Positions 25,653 through 38,700 of a stretch of DNA of 64,000 nucleotides are shown one piece after another (position 1 is the first letter of the stretch; every line of letters starts with the position of its first letter). The stretch lies in assembly GCA_040954595.2 (NCBI GenBank), contig CM082578.2, positions 401,740 to 465,739 of the forward strand, given 5' to 3'. Under the pieces are notes generated by a model. That model did no database searches, was not told where the DNA came from, and worked only from the letters and a program-made list of their open reading frames with translations. The translations under genes were made by a program, and so were the position numbers. Origin of the DNA: Balanoglossus misakiensis (lineage: Eukaryota; Animalia; Hemichordata).

Positions 25653-28600
25653 ATGGATTTTTCAGTTTTGACGTTTAATACAAGAGGGCTCCGTAGTTTC
25701 AAAAAAAGGAAAAAACTTGGATGTTGGTTAAATAGTAAGAACCCCACATTTACTTTCTTACAAGAAACCCACAGTGTAAAAGACGATGTTCACTTTTGGT
25801 CAACTCAATTTAATGGTCGCTGTTGGTTTTCGCATGGAACAAACAATAGTAGAGGTGTAATAACAATTATCAATAACCCAAATATTATAGTTAACAATTC
25901 TGTAACTGACGATATGGGTAGATTTATTCTTATTGATGTAAATTTAGACAATACGCCTTGTATACTACTTAATGTATATGCACCCAATATAGAGAAAGAG
26001 CATGTAATTTTTCTAGAAGAAATGTATTTTTTGCTGGTCAAATATGTAACCGATCCCAACACAATTGTCATTTTAGGAGGGGATTTAAATTTCACCTATA
26101 ATATTGCCCTTGATCGCTCAGGAGGCAATCCTAAACCATGGGGAAAGTCCATTGCTCTTTTAGATAGGATATCTGACGTCTTCAATTTGATTGATATATG
26201 GAGGGTGCGTCATGAAGAAAAGAGAGGTTTTACCTGGAGAAGGCGCAGGCCTTATATCACTCAGAGTAGACTTGATTATTTTTTTCATTTCTAGCGATTT
26301 ACAGCAACAAATCAGTAGCGTTCAGATTATTCCTGGAGTGGATTCCGACCATTCAGCTGTCTCTTTGGTGTATAAATCTTGCCAAAACGAGCGGGGTCCT
26401 GGCTACTGGAAGTTTAATTCTAGTTTAATTTACGACAGTACTTTCAAAACCATTCTGCACGATAATATTGACGAGTGGATTAGTGAATCCACTAGGTTAA
26501 ATGATGGGGTTCGTTGGGACTTCATAAAATTTAAGATTAGAGGTTTTGTGATTGACTACAGCAAAACAGTGGCGAAAAAACGTAGACAGAATTTACAGAA
26601 TCTTGAACTGTCGGTGAATTTTCTTGAGGGTCTTTGTTCTAATCATCCTACAGTGCAAAATTACGAGATGCTCGAGTCAGCAAAGAGTGATTTGGAGAAA
26701 GTTTATGATTATATTACAGAAGGAGCGGTCGTAAGATCCAGGATTAATTGGTACGAGAAAGGTGAAAAATGTAACAAGTTCTTTTTAGGTTTGGAAAAGG
26801 TAAATAAACGCAACTCGAGTATCAGCAATTTGAAGAAAGATGAGTATACAATTATAGACAACCCAAAGAATATTTTGTGTGAAATTAAGCAGTTTTATGC
26901 CAAGCTTTACTCAAGGTGCGCCACAAACTCCAACGATGTGCATTATTTCCTGGATGCAAATTTACCAATGTTGTCAGAGAATGATAAAGTTTTGTGTGAG
27001 GGTCCTTTGACCCCTGGGGAAGTTTTCTCTGTTCTTCTCTCCCTTCCAGACAACAAACGCCCCGGCAATGATGGCCTTACAAAAGAATTTTACGTGGCGT
27101 TTTGGCCACAGGTGGGGAATTTAGTTTTGAATTCTCTCAATTATGGTTACAGAACGGGGGAATTTTCAAATTCACAGAAACAGAGTGTCATAACTCTGAT
27201 TGATAAACCTGGGAAGGATCAACTCTATCTGAAAAATTGGAGACCAATCTCCCTTATGAATGTTGACATGATGCTTGCTTCAAAATGCCTTGTTAAACGT
27301 ATTGAGAAAGTTTTGCCCTGCTTAATTGGTGACTCCCAAGCGGCCTTTGTCCGGGGGAGAAACATTGGTGATTATATCCGTTTGATAGATGAGATTTTTC
27401 ATCACACCTGTAATGCTGATATTCCAGCAATTTTATTAGCCATAGATTTCGAAAAAGCTTTTGACACTGTAAGTTGGGATTATCTCTACAATACATTGTC
27501 ATCCTTTAATTTTGGAGTGTCCTTCATCAACTGGGTTAAAGCCTTATATTTTAACATTGAAAGCACTGTAATGAACAATGGGTTTGGGACTGGCTATTTT
27601 AAGCTTGAGAAGGGAGTGCGCCAAGGCGACCCTTTGTCACCTATGTTATTTATTCTGGTTTTAGAAACACTCTTGCATTCAATAAGAAATAACCGGCAAA
27701 TTAGTGGTATCAATATTGGCAGTGTTGAAATTAAGGAGTCGGCGTTCGCCGACGATATGACCTGTTTTTATCAAATGAAAACTCTGTAAGAATTGTTTTT
27801 GAAATGTTAACTTCCTTTTATAATGCTTCTGGTTTGAAAGTCAACAAAGATAAGACAGAAGCTGTTTGGCTTGGGAAATGGAGACTTCGAAAAGATGAGG
27901 CGTTCGGGGTAAAGTGGCCCACCCCTACTATCAAGATTGTGGGGATTCATTTTTCTTATAATGAAAAAATTGCCCAGGAAAAAAATATTGTTACCCCAGT
28001 CGAAAATCTAAAAAAGGTCCTCAATATGTGGAAAACTAGGAATTTGACCATCATTGGGAAAGTTCAAGTTATTAAGTCATTGGCAATTTCCAAATTAACA
28101 TATGTGCTTACACATGTAATTTTTCCTAATGAAGTAATAGGTCGGGTTCATAAGTTAATTTATAATTTTCTCTGGAATGGACAAGACCGGGTTCGCAGGA
28201 ATGTAATGATAGGGGAGGTGGGCCAAGGAGGCTTAAAAATGCCCAATTTAGATGTGATGATAAAAACAAAGCAAGTATTACTGATTAAACGCCTGTTGAA
28301 TGAGGAATGTAAACACCCTTGGAAACACATTGTCTTACACAGTTTAGAGAAAGTCGGTGGAAAATTACTTTTTAAATGTAACTTCCGCACCAATCTTTTG
28401 CCTGTCCAAGTTTCCAGTTTTATAAATAATTGTCTTGTCACATGGTCAGAAATCAACATAATTCCAAATACTACAGACCAGGTGATTTGGAACAACAGAA
28501 ACGTCCTCGTTGGAGGAAAGTCGGTATTTTATAAGGCTTTTTCTGACGCTGGCTTTAATTTCATCCCTGACATGTTTACAGGTTTTAATAGAGTATCATG

Positions 28601-29366
28601 GTCTGTATTTGAGCAGAAAGGCCTGAATTTAAATCAGAAATTGAAGTGGTTAGGATTGACACTTTCTGTTCCAAACAAGTTAAAAAATTGTACCAAAGCA
28701 CATAGTGTACATAAGCTTTGTATTTCATTGAATGGCACAATCTGTAATTTAGACACTTTAACGAAAAAGAGTTTGAAATGTAATTTGAACGACCGTATTA
28801 TAGAGACTCCAAAAAGTCAAGCAACACTGGAAAAAATGTTGAATATATTTAATCTAAACTGGGAAAAAATGTATGACTTCACTTACAAGTTATCAATACA
28901 TTGTAAGGCTAGAGCTTTTCAATTTAAATTACTTCACAATATTTTGTATACAAACAAACAGCTAAACAGGTACAATCCACAGAAATTTCCAACTGCTCTT
29001 TGTGATTTATGTAAAGTGGAAACAGAGTCCATCGACCATTTATTTCATAGTTGCAATTGTACTACTGCTCTCTGGAGGGACCTACTGTTTACGTTGGGTA
29101 TCCCTCTTAAATTGAAAAAACCACCATCAGTGTTATGTATGGTTTTGGGTGACCCAAACGAGACTTTTATAGTCAATTTTATAGCAATGCAAGTTAGAAT
29201 GTACATTTACTACTGTAAATTAAATAATCGAATTCCGAATATCACTGGGTTTATTGTTCAGCTCAAAAACATACATGAAATTGAACTTATGATTGCAACT
29301 GCAAATCATAAAATGTATTTTCATCTTAAAAAATGGTCATCACTTATGAGGTATATAACAAACTGA
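25653..29366 (+). pseudogene. LINE ORF2: APE endonuclease, reverse transcriptase and C-terminal zinc-binding domain, with two frameshifts
   Basis: NTRGL, LQETH, NVYAPN, GGDLN, SRLDYF, SDHS; NWRPISL, DFEKAFD, GVRQGDPLSP, FADD; CDLC..ESIDHLFHSC. Frameshifts in T runs at ~26280 (+1) and ~27765 (-1). Confidence 0.95.
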
Positions 29367-29540
29367 GAATACCAGATTGTTTTTTTTTTCTCTTCTTTCC
29401 ATTAAGTTATGCTTCCAAAAAAACCAAAAAATAATTGTCAATTTTTTTTTTTTTTTTTTTTTTTTTAAATCTACTTATGTATCAAAATGACTGTTTGTGT
29501 TCCCAATAAAAAGTATTAAAAAAAAAAAAAAAAAAAAAAA

Positions 29541-32500
29541 GTCACAGCGGGTCAACACTCGACATTTGTTCCGGTAGGACTGCATTATTGCCTGTCAATT
29601 TATAGAGAAAGCCCAAATTTAACCAGGGCGTTTCAAACACTGACGTTAGTTGGGGGCACGGCCTGCAGTACTGCCGGGTAAGCTGACATCAGCGTACCGC
29701 ATATAATGTAGGGGGGGGGGGGGGGACAGAACGGTTAAATACTACATTTATCAGATATCAGCTAATTTTGGACAATCATCTAAAATGTAAATCATCTTTT
29801 CATATTTGGATATCTGATGATGTATGACATTTCCATTATATGTAAAAATGGTGCTGATTATAAAAATGCACTCTGAATGAGCTGATTTAATGCAAAATTG
29901 CGTTTTATTCGTTTTTGCACCAAAAAGGTCATTTTTAGGCAAAACATTCTTTATTTTTTTAATTCGGTGACCTGATCATATATAAACAATTGCTTGTATG
30001 TTAAAAGTTTTTATGACTTTTAAAAGCAGTGACACTGGCGGCATTCAACACGAAAATAACAATTTTAGCCACAATTTGGTCAAAATGGTAAATTTTTGAA
30101 AATTACAAAAAATACCTGTTTTCTACATTTTCGGAAATCTGATGGAGTATAGAATGCTCTTCGTACGTATATATCGATACAAATTCCACAAAAGACCGTC
30201 TAAATTGGCTCACTGCAGACAAAATTGCGTTTTACAAAATTTTCCTTGAAAATGTCATTTTTAGAAAAAAAAAATAAAAAAACCTTTTATCTTCGAATTT
30301 GGTGCCCTGATCATATATGACATGTTGATTGTATGTTAAAACTTTCCAAAAATGCAGAGATATTGACGGAATTCAAGAAAAAATAGCCATTTTGGCCATA
30401 TTTTGACAAAAATGGTAAATTTTTAAAAAATCATAAAAAATTAACTCTTTTCTTCATTTTCGGAAATATTATGGAGCATGAAGTGTCGTTCTCTTGTAAA
30501 AAGTGCTGCAAATTCCAGAAAAGGCGGTATAATTTGAATCACCCAAGACAAAATTACCATTTTCGACTTTTTTTCGAAAAATTGTCTTTTTTACAAAATA
30601 AATAAGAATTAATTCTTTTCTTAGTTTCAAACGGGTAGAGATACTTTCCACACGGGTTTTCTAACATTGAATTCCCGTTCATCAACTCAGATTTCCTACA
30701 GCATAAGTCGGCTAAAACCCTGAGACTTTAGAGCAGAAACAGTTGCACACTGGTAACGTTGAACAAGTCGATTTTTCTACGGCCTGGCTCGGCTAAATCT
30801 CCGTCACAATATGACAGACACTATCGTACGTTAGCAACGGTGATCAAGTCAGATTTTCAACGGCATGGGTTGGATAAAGCCCCGGCACTCTAGAGCAGAA
30901 ACACGCGTACAGAGACCACGTTGATCAAGTCTGATCTCCTACGGCTTGGCTCGACTAAAACCCCGGCACACTATGACAGACACTAGTGTTCGTTAGCAAC
31001 GTTGATCAAGTCAGATTTCCTACGGCATGGCTTTGCTAAAGCCCTGACACTCTAGAGCAGAAACACGCGTACAGAGACCACGTTGATCTACTCACATTTC
31101 TTTCGGCCTGGCACGGCTGATGCCCCGGCACTATATATAGGACACAGACTGGCGTAAGTTAACAACGGTAATGACGTCGGGTTTCCTACGGCCTGGCTCA
31201 GCTGAAGCCCCGGCACTCTAGAGCAGAAACAGGCGTACATTGACCACGTTGATCAAGTCAGATTTCCTACGGCGTGACTCGGCTGGTGCACCGGCTCTAT
31301 ATGACACAGACTGGCGTAAGTTATCAACGGTGATTACGTCGGATTTCCTACGGCCTGGTTTAGCTGAAGCCCCGGCACTTTAGAGCGGAAACACGCGTAC
31401 ATTGACCACGATGATCAAGTCAGATCTCCTACGGCCTGGCTCGACTAAAACCCCGGCACACCATGACAGACACTAGCGTTCGTTAGCAACGGTGATCAAG
31501 TCGGATTTCCTTCGGCCTGGCTCTGCAAAAGACCCGACACTCTAGTACAAAGACGTTGGCTAAGTCGGGCAAACCGAACAGGGAAAGTCACAGCGGGTCA
31601 ACACTCGACATTTGTTCCGGTAGGACTGCATTTTTGCCTGTCAATTTATAGAGAAAGCCCGAATTTAACCAGGGCGTTTCAAACACCGACGTTAGTTGGG
31701 GGCACGGCCTGCAGTACTGCCGGGTAAGCTGACATCAGCGTACCGCATATAATGTAGGGGGGGGGGGAACAGAACGGTTAAATACTACATTTATCAGATA
31801 TCAGCTAATTTTGGACAATCATCTAAAATGTAAATCATCTTTTCATATTTGGATATCTGATGATGTATGAAATTTCCAATATATGTAAAAATGGTGCTGA
31901 TTATAAAAAATGCACTCTGAATGAGCTGATTTAATACAAAATTGCGTTTTATTCGTTTTTGCACCAAAAAGGTCATTTTTAGGCAAAACATTCTTTATTT
32001 TTTTAATTCGGTGACCTGATCATATATAAGCAATTGCTTGCATGTTAAAAGTTTTTATGACTTTTAAAAGCAGTGACACTGGCGGCATTCAACACGAAAA
32101 TAACAATTTTAACCACAATTTGGTCAAAATGGTAAATTTTTGAAAATTACAAAAAATACCTGTTTTCTACATTTTCGGAAATCTGATGGAGTATAGAATG
32201 CTCTTCGTATATATATATCGATACAAATTCCACAAAAGACCGTCTAATTTGGCTCACTGCAGACAAAATTGCGTTTTACCAAATTTTCCTTGAAAATGTC
32301 ATTTTTAGAAAAATAAAATAAAAAAACCTTCGTTCTTCGAATTTGGTGCCCTGATCATATATGATATGTTGATTGTATGTTAAAACTTTCGACCACTCCA
32401 AAAATGCAGAGATATTGACGGAATTCAAGAAAAAATAGCCATTTTGGCCATATTTTGACAAAATGGTACATTTTTAAAAAATCATAAAAAATATACTCTT

Positions 32501-35500
32501 TTCTTCATTTTCGGAAATATTATGGAGCATGAAGTGTCGTTCTCTTGTAAAAAGTGCTGCAAATTCCAGAAAATGTGGTATAATTTGAATCACCCAAGAT
32601 AAAATTACCATTTTCGACTTGTTTTCGAAAAATTGTCTTTTTTACAAAATAAATAAGAATAAATTCTTTTCTTAGTTTCAAACGGGTAGAGATACTTTCC
32701 ACACGGGTTTTCTAACATTGAATTCCCGTTTATCAACTCAGATTTCCTACAGCATAAGTCGGCTAAAACCCTGACACTCTAGAGCAGAAACAGTTGCACA
32801 CTGATAACGTTGAACAAGTCGATTTTTCTATGGCCTGGCACGGCTAAATCTCGTCACAATATGACAGACACTAGCGTACGTTAGCAACGGTGATCAAGTC
32901 AGATTTTCAACGGCATGGGTTGGATAAAGCCCCGGCACTCTAGAGCAGAAACACGCGTACAGAGACCACGTTGATCAAGTCTGATCTCCTACGGCTTGGC
33001 TCGACTAAAACCCCGGCACACTATGACAGACACTAGCGTTCGTTAGCAACGTTGATCAAGTCAGATTTCCTACGGCATGGCTCAGCTGAAGCCCCGGCAC
33101 TCTAGAGCAGAAACAGGCGTACATTGACCACGTTGATCAAGTCTGATCTCCTACGGCTTGGCTCGACTAAAACCCCGGCACACTATGACAGACACTTGCG
33201 TTCGTTAGCAACGTTGATCAAGTCAGATTTCCTACGGCATGGCTTTGCTAAAGCCCTGACACTCTAGAGCAGAAACACGCGTACAGAGACCACGTTGATC
33301 TACTCACATTTCCTTCGGCCTGGCACGGCTGATGCCCCGGCACTATATATAGGACACAGACTGGCGTAAGTTAACAACGGTAATCACGTCGGGTTTCCTA
33401 CGGCCTGGCTCAGCTGAAGCCCCGGCACTCTAGAGCAGAAACAGGCGTACATTGACCACGTTGATCAAGTCAGATTTCCTACGGCGTGACTCGGCTGGTG
33501 CACCGGCTCTATATGACACAGACTGGCGTAAGTTATCAACGGTGATTACGTCGGATTTCCTACGGCCTGGTTTAGCTGAAGCCCCGGCACTTTAGAGCGG
33601 AAACACGCGTACATTGACCACGATGATCAAGTCAGATCTCCTACGGCCTGGCTCGACTAAAACCCCGGCACACCATGACAGACACTAGCGTTCGTTAGCA
33701 ACGGTGATCAAGTCGGATTTCCTTCGGCCTGGCTCTGCAAAAGACCCGACACTCTAGTACAAAGACGTTGGCTAAGTCGGGCAAACCGAACAGGGAAAGT
33801 CACAGCGGGTCAACACTCGACATTTGTTCCGGTAGGACTGCTTTATTGCCTGTCAATTTATAGAGAAAGCCCGAATTTAACCAGGGCGTTTCAAACACCG
33901 ACGTTAGTTGGGGGCACGGCCTGCAGTACTGCCGGGTAAGCTGACATCAGCGTACCGCATATAATGTAGGGGGGGGGGGAACAGAACGGTTAAATACTAC
34001 ATTTATCAGATATCAGCTAATTTTGGACAATCATCTAAAATGTAAATCATCTTTTCATATTTGGATATCTGATGATGTATGAAATTTCCAATATATGTAA
34101 AAATGGTGCTGATTATAAAAAATGCACTCTGAATGAGCTGATTTAATACAAAATTGCGTTTTATTCGTTTTTGCACCAAAAAGGTCATTTTTAGGCAAAA
34201 CATTCTTTATTTTTTTAATTCGGTGACCTGATCATATATAAGCAATTGCTTGCATGTTAAAAGTTTTTATGACTTTTAAAAGCAGTGACACTGGCGGCAT
34301 TCAACACGAAAATAACAATTTTAACCACAATTTGGTCAAAATGGTAAATTTTTGAAAATTACAAAAAATACCTGTTTTCTACATTTTCGGAAATCTGATG
34401 GAGTATAGAATGCTCTTCGTATATATATATCGATACAAATTCCACAAAAGACCGTCTAATTTGGCTCACTGCAGACAAAATTGCGTTTTACCAAATTTTT
34501 CTTGAAAATGTCATTTTTAGAAAAATAAAATAAAAAAACCTTCGTTCTTCGAATTTGGTGCCCTGATCATATATGATATGTTGATTGTATGTTAAAACTT
34601 TCGACCACTCCAAAAATGCAGAGATATTGACGGAATTCAAGAAAAAATAGCCATTTTGGCCATATTTTGACAAAATGGTACATTTTTAAAAAATCATAAA
34701 AAATAAACTCTTTTCTTGATTTTCGGAAATATTATGGAGCATGAAGTGTCGTTCTCTTGTAAAAAGTGCTGCAAATTCCAGAAAATGTGGTATAATTTGA
34801 ATCACCCAAGACAAAATTACCATTTTCGACATGTTTTCGAAAAATTTTCTTTTTTACAAAATAAATAAGAATAAATTCTTTTCTTAGTTTCAAACGGGTA
34901 GGGATACTTTCCACACGGGTTTTCTAACATTGAATTCCCGTTCATCAACTCAGATTTCCTACAGCATAAGTCGGCTAAAACCCTGACACTCTAGAGCAGA
35001 AACAGTTGCACACTGGTAACGTTGAACAAGTCGATTTTTCTACGACCTGGCTCGGCTAAATCTCCGTCACAATATGACAGACACTAGCGTACGTTAGCAA
35101 CGGTGATCAAGTCAGATTTTCTACGGCATGGCTTGGATAAAGCCCCGGCACTCTAGAGCAAAAACACGCGTACAGAGACCACGTTGATCAAGTCTGATCT
35201 CCTACGGCTTGGCTCGACTAAAACCCCGGCACACTATGACAGACACTAGCGTTCGTTAGCAACGTTGATCAAGTCAGATTTCCTACGGCATGGCTTTGCT
35301 AAAGCCCTGACACTCTAGAGCAGAAACACGCGTACAGAGACCACGTTGATCTACTCACATTTCCTTCGGCCTGGCACGGCTGATGCCCCGGCACTATATA
35401 TAGGACACAGACTGGCGTAAGTTAACAACGGTAATCACGTCGGGTTTCCTACGGCCTGGCTCAGCTGAAGCCACGGCACTCTAGAGCAGAAACAGGCGTA

Positions 35501-35650
35501 CATTGACCACGTTGATCAAGTCAGATTTCCTACGGCGTGACTCGGCTTGTGCACCGGCTCTATATGACACAGACTGGCGTAAGTTATCAACGGTGATTAC
35601 GTCGGATTTCCTACGGCCTGGTTTAGCTGAAGCCCCGGCACTTTAGAGCG
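29541..35650 (-). repeat. Macrosatellite, reverse orientation (about 3 units)
   Basis: Poly-G markers at ~29711, 31757, 33969; 81-bp blocks alternate with AT-rich blocks. Confidence 0.95.
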
Positions 35651-35739
35651 AAGAAAATGAAACTTCAGGCGACTACCAGGCCTAAATCTTCGAACACAAT
35701 CATCGCATCGCATCTTTCATCAAGAAAAACAAATCGGAG

Positions 35740-38700
35740 ATGCGGACAACTACTACTAGTACTGGTAATGTAACGGGAAGCAGCCTCGGCAACGCGACGC
35801 CTCGTAAAACAGTAACTCTACCGAAACTCCAGCTGCAAACTTTCTCAGGCAATGTAATAGAATGGTCGAGTTTCTTCGATGTATTCAAGTCTTCGATGCA
35901 TTCGGACACTAATTTGGACAACATTCAGAAGTTTACGTATTAGCGGAGTGTACTCAAAGATGAAGCAGCGAGAACAATCAACGGATTGCCACTCACCGAA
36001 TCAAACTACTCGCACGCGATTGACTTATTGACCGAAAGATACGGACAAACCCATCTCATAGTAGATGCTCATATGACCGCATTGTGGAATCTACAAAGCC
36101 CAACCGCCGACGTACAAAGTTTAAGGCATTTGTACGACTCGATTGAAAATCACGTTCGAGGTCTTCAGTCGCTGGGTAAGGAGGAAACCACATACGGCGA
36201 ACTTTTGGTTCCAATAATACGGGAGAAATTACCTCCTAACATTCGAGAGCAGATAGCAAGAAAACATGGTAATGCTGCATGGACATTAGCAGATCTACGA
36301 AAAGCCATTCAACACGAGATAAACGCCCTTCAAGCCGGCAACCGGGTCGACGAGATAACAATGGCCACTACCAGAGAACCGGAAATAACCGCGTTTCACA
36401 CGAAAACGCAGATGACAGGTAAACAGAAGTTTCGTGCCCCTGTCAAAACGTGCCCGTTCTCCAAAGGGTCACACTTCGCGTCAAATTGCACTGTGGTAAC
36501 TGATACGCGCGAGAGACTGGACATTGTGAAGAAGGACAGACTATGTTTTAATTGCTTTGGAAAACATAGAGTTGCGGAGTGTAAATCAAAATACTCCTGC
36601 AGAAAGTGTAGGAAACGTCATCACTCTGCGCTACACTACGACGTTCCCACCGCTACAACGACGCCAACCGGAGCGTCGTCCTCGCCATCGCCATCATCAA
36701 GTACTTCTGATGTCAAAGTAACATTGACTAATACCGATACATTTACGGATAAGAAGATAAACACTGGGCCAGTGCTGCTGAAAACTGCGTTTGTACCACT
36801 GTCTGTCGGACGGGGAACCCCCATACATGCCGTCATCCTGTTTGATGAAGGAGCAAATAAGACATTCGTCACTGAGAGATTCGCCCGTCAGCTGTCCGCG
36901 AAAGCTACGCGGCACGAACACATAAAGTTATCGACCTTCGGTGGCAAGGATTCCAAAGTACGCACCATGGGATTCACCGAACTAACTGCTCATGAACTGA
37001 ACGGGAATACTTCAACTATTCACGCGATGATAATTCCAGAGATATCGTCGGACTTAACAAATCACATTTCTCAGGAAGTCCACAATATGAGCCACCTGAA
37101 AGGGCTACCATTCGCACATCCAGTTTCGAGTGATCAATCGTGGCCAATTGATGTTCTAATCGGAGCCGACCAATATTGGAATTTCGTGGGCTCACACGTT
37201 ATTTCTGGCGCGTCCGGCCCCACTGCTGTGTCATCCAAATTTGGATACTTACTCTCCGGACCCCTCGGAACTCCCAAAGTGGATTCTAATGCGCATATCT
37301 TACACGTGATTTCTACTGCTGATACCAGTAACGTAGTTTCAGAGAACTCTATCAACGGACTGCATGGAGATCGCGCAACGGACATGTATACACAGATGGA
37401 TAGTACTGCGATCGGCCGAGAACCACAGGTCCAAAATATGTGGGACCTTGAATTGATCGGTATTCAGGACAATCCAACAGTTGATGAACAGTTGACGTAC
37501 GAGTCTTACAGAGACACGCACTTGAGAGTTGACCGAGGAAAATACGTAGCTAAACTACCGTGGAAGGAAGATCACCCTCCACTACCCACCAACTACGATG
37601 TCGCCATGAAACGCACTCGTAATATGATACGCAGGTTACCCTCTGAACTCATCAAGAAATATGACGACATAATCAATGAACAGAGACGTCGCGACTTCAT
37701 CGGAGAGGTTGACGAAGATGACGTGAATATCGGACACTATTTGCCACATCGTCCGGTGGTTAAGAATTCGACCACAACACCCATTCGCATCGTTTATGAT
37801 TGCTCTTGTAAGAAGGATTCTAATTATCCAAGTTTGAATGATTGCTTGCAAACTGGACCGTCATTAATAAATGACCTGCCAGCGATTCTGCTGAGATACC
37901 GCGCCAATAACATTGCTTTCACAGCTGACATTGAGAAAGCATTCCTGAACATTCGGTTGGAAGAAGATGAGAGGAAATTCACGAAATTTCTGTGGCTGTC
38001 GGACATTAACGACCCAGAAAGTGACTTCATAACTTTGCAGTTTAAGTCTGTCTTGTTTGGAGCAGTCTGTTCCCCATTCATCCTCAATGCGGTTATCAAG
38101 ACGCATTTAGAGAACAATAGTCAACTTCCCACCGCTGACAGATTGGGAAATAATATCTATGTTGATAATGTGATCGATGAAGTTGATACTGCAGAAAACG
38201 CCATGAAATACTACCATGAAGCCAATGAGTTGATGACATCAGGCGGATTCAAACTCAGAGCATGGTCTTCCAACTGTCAACAAATAAACGAACTCGCTAC
38301 ATGTGACAATCTGAACGAACCCACCGAAGATGTATCCGTTTTGGGAATGCAGTGGTCAACAAAATCTGACGAATTGACTTACTCCAAAGTGGTTAATATG
38401 TCGTCGCGTGCCGAACTCGTGACCAAACGTGACATTGTCAGCTATGTGGCGATGCTATTTGATCCGTTTGGATTTCTCGCCCCTGTAATGATCAAAGCCA
38501 AATTGTTCATTCAGTTACTATGGAAACTGGAATTAGACTGGGATGAACCTATCAACGCAGATTTCTACACTCAATGGATGCACATCGCAGAAGATCTCAA
38601 AGACTCGCGAAACACGAAGATCGAACGACAATATTTTGATGAACTTGAAGGCGACAATGAATGCGAGCTACACGCCTTTGCAGACGCAAGCCAGAGAGCG

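Larger units (their letters stand above)
24905..29540 (+). mobile_element. 5'-truncated Tx1/L1-clade non-LTR retrotransposon with poly(A) tail and target-site duplication
   Basis: TSD GTCACAGCGGGTCA at 24891-24904 and 29541-29554; AATAAA ~29505 then poly(A) to 29540; ORF1 remnant, T-rich spacer, ORF2. Confidence 0.95.
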
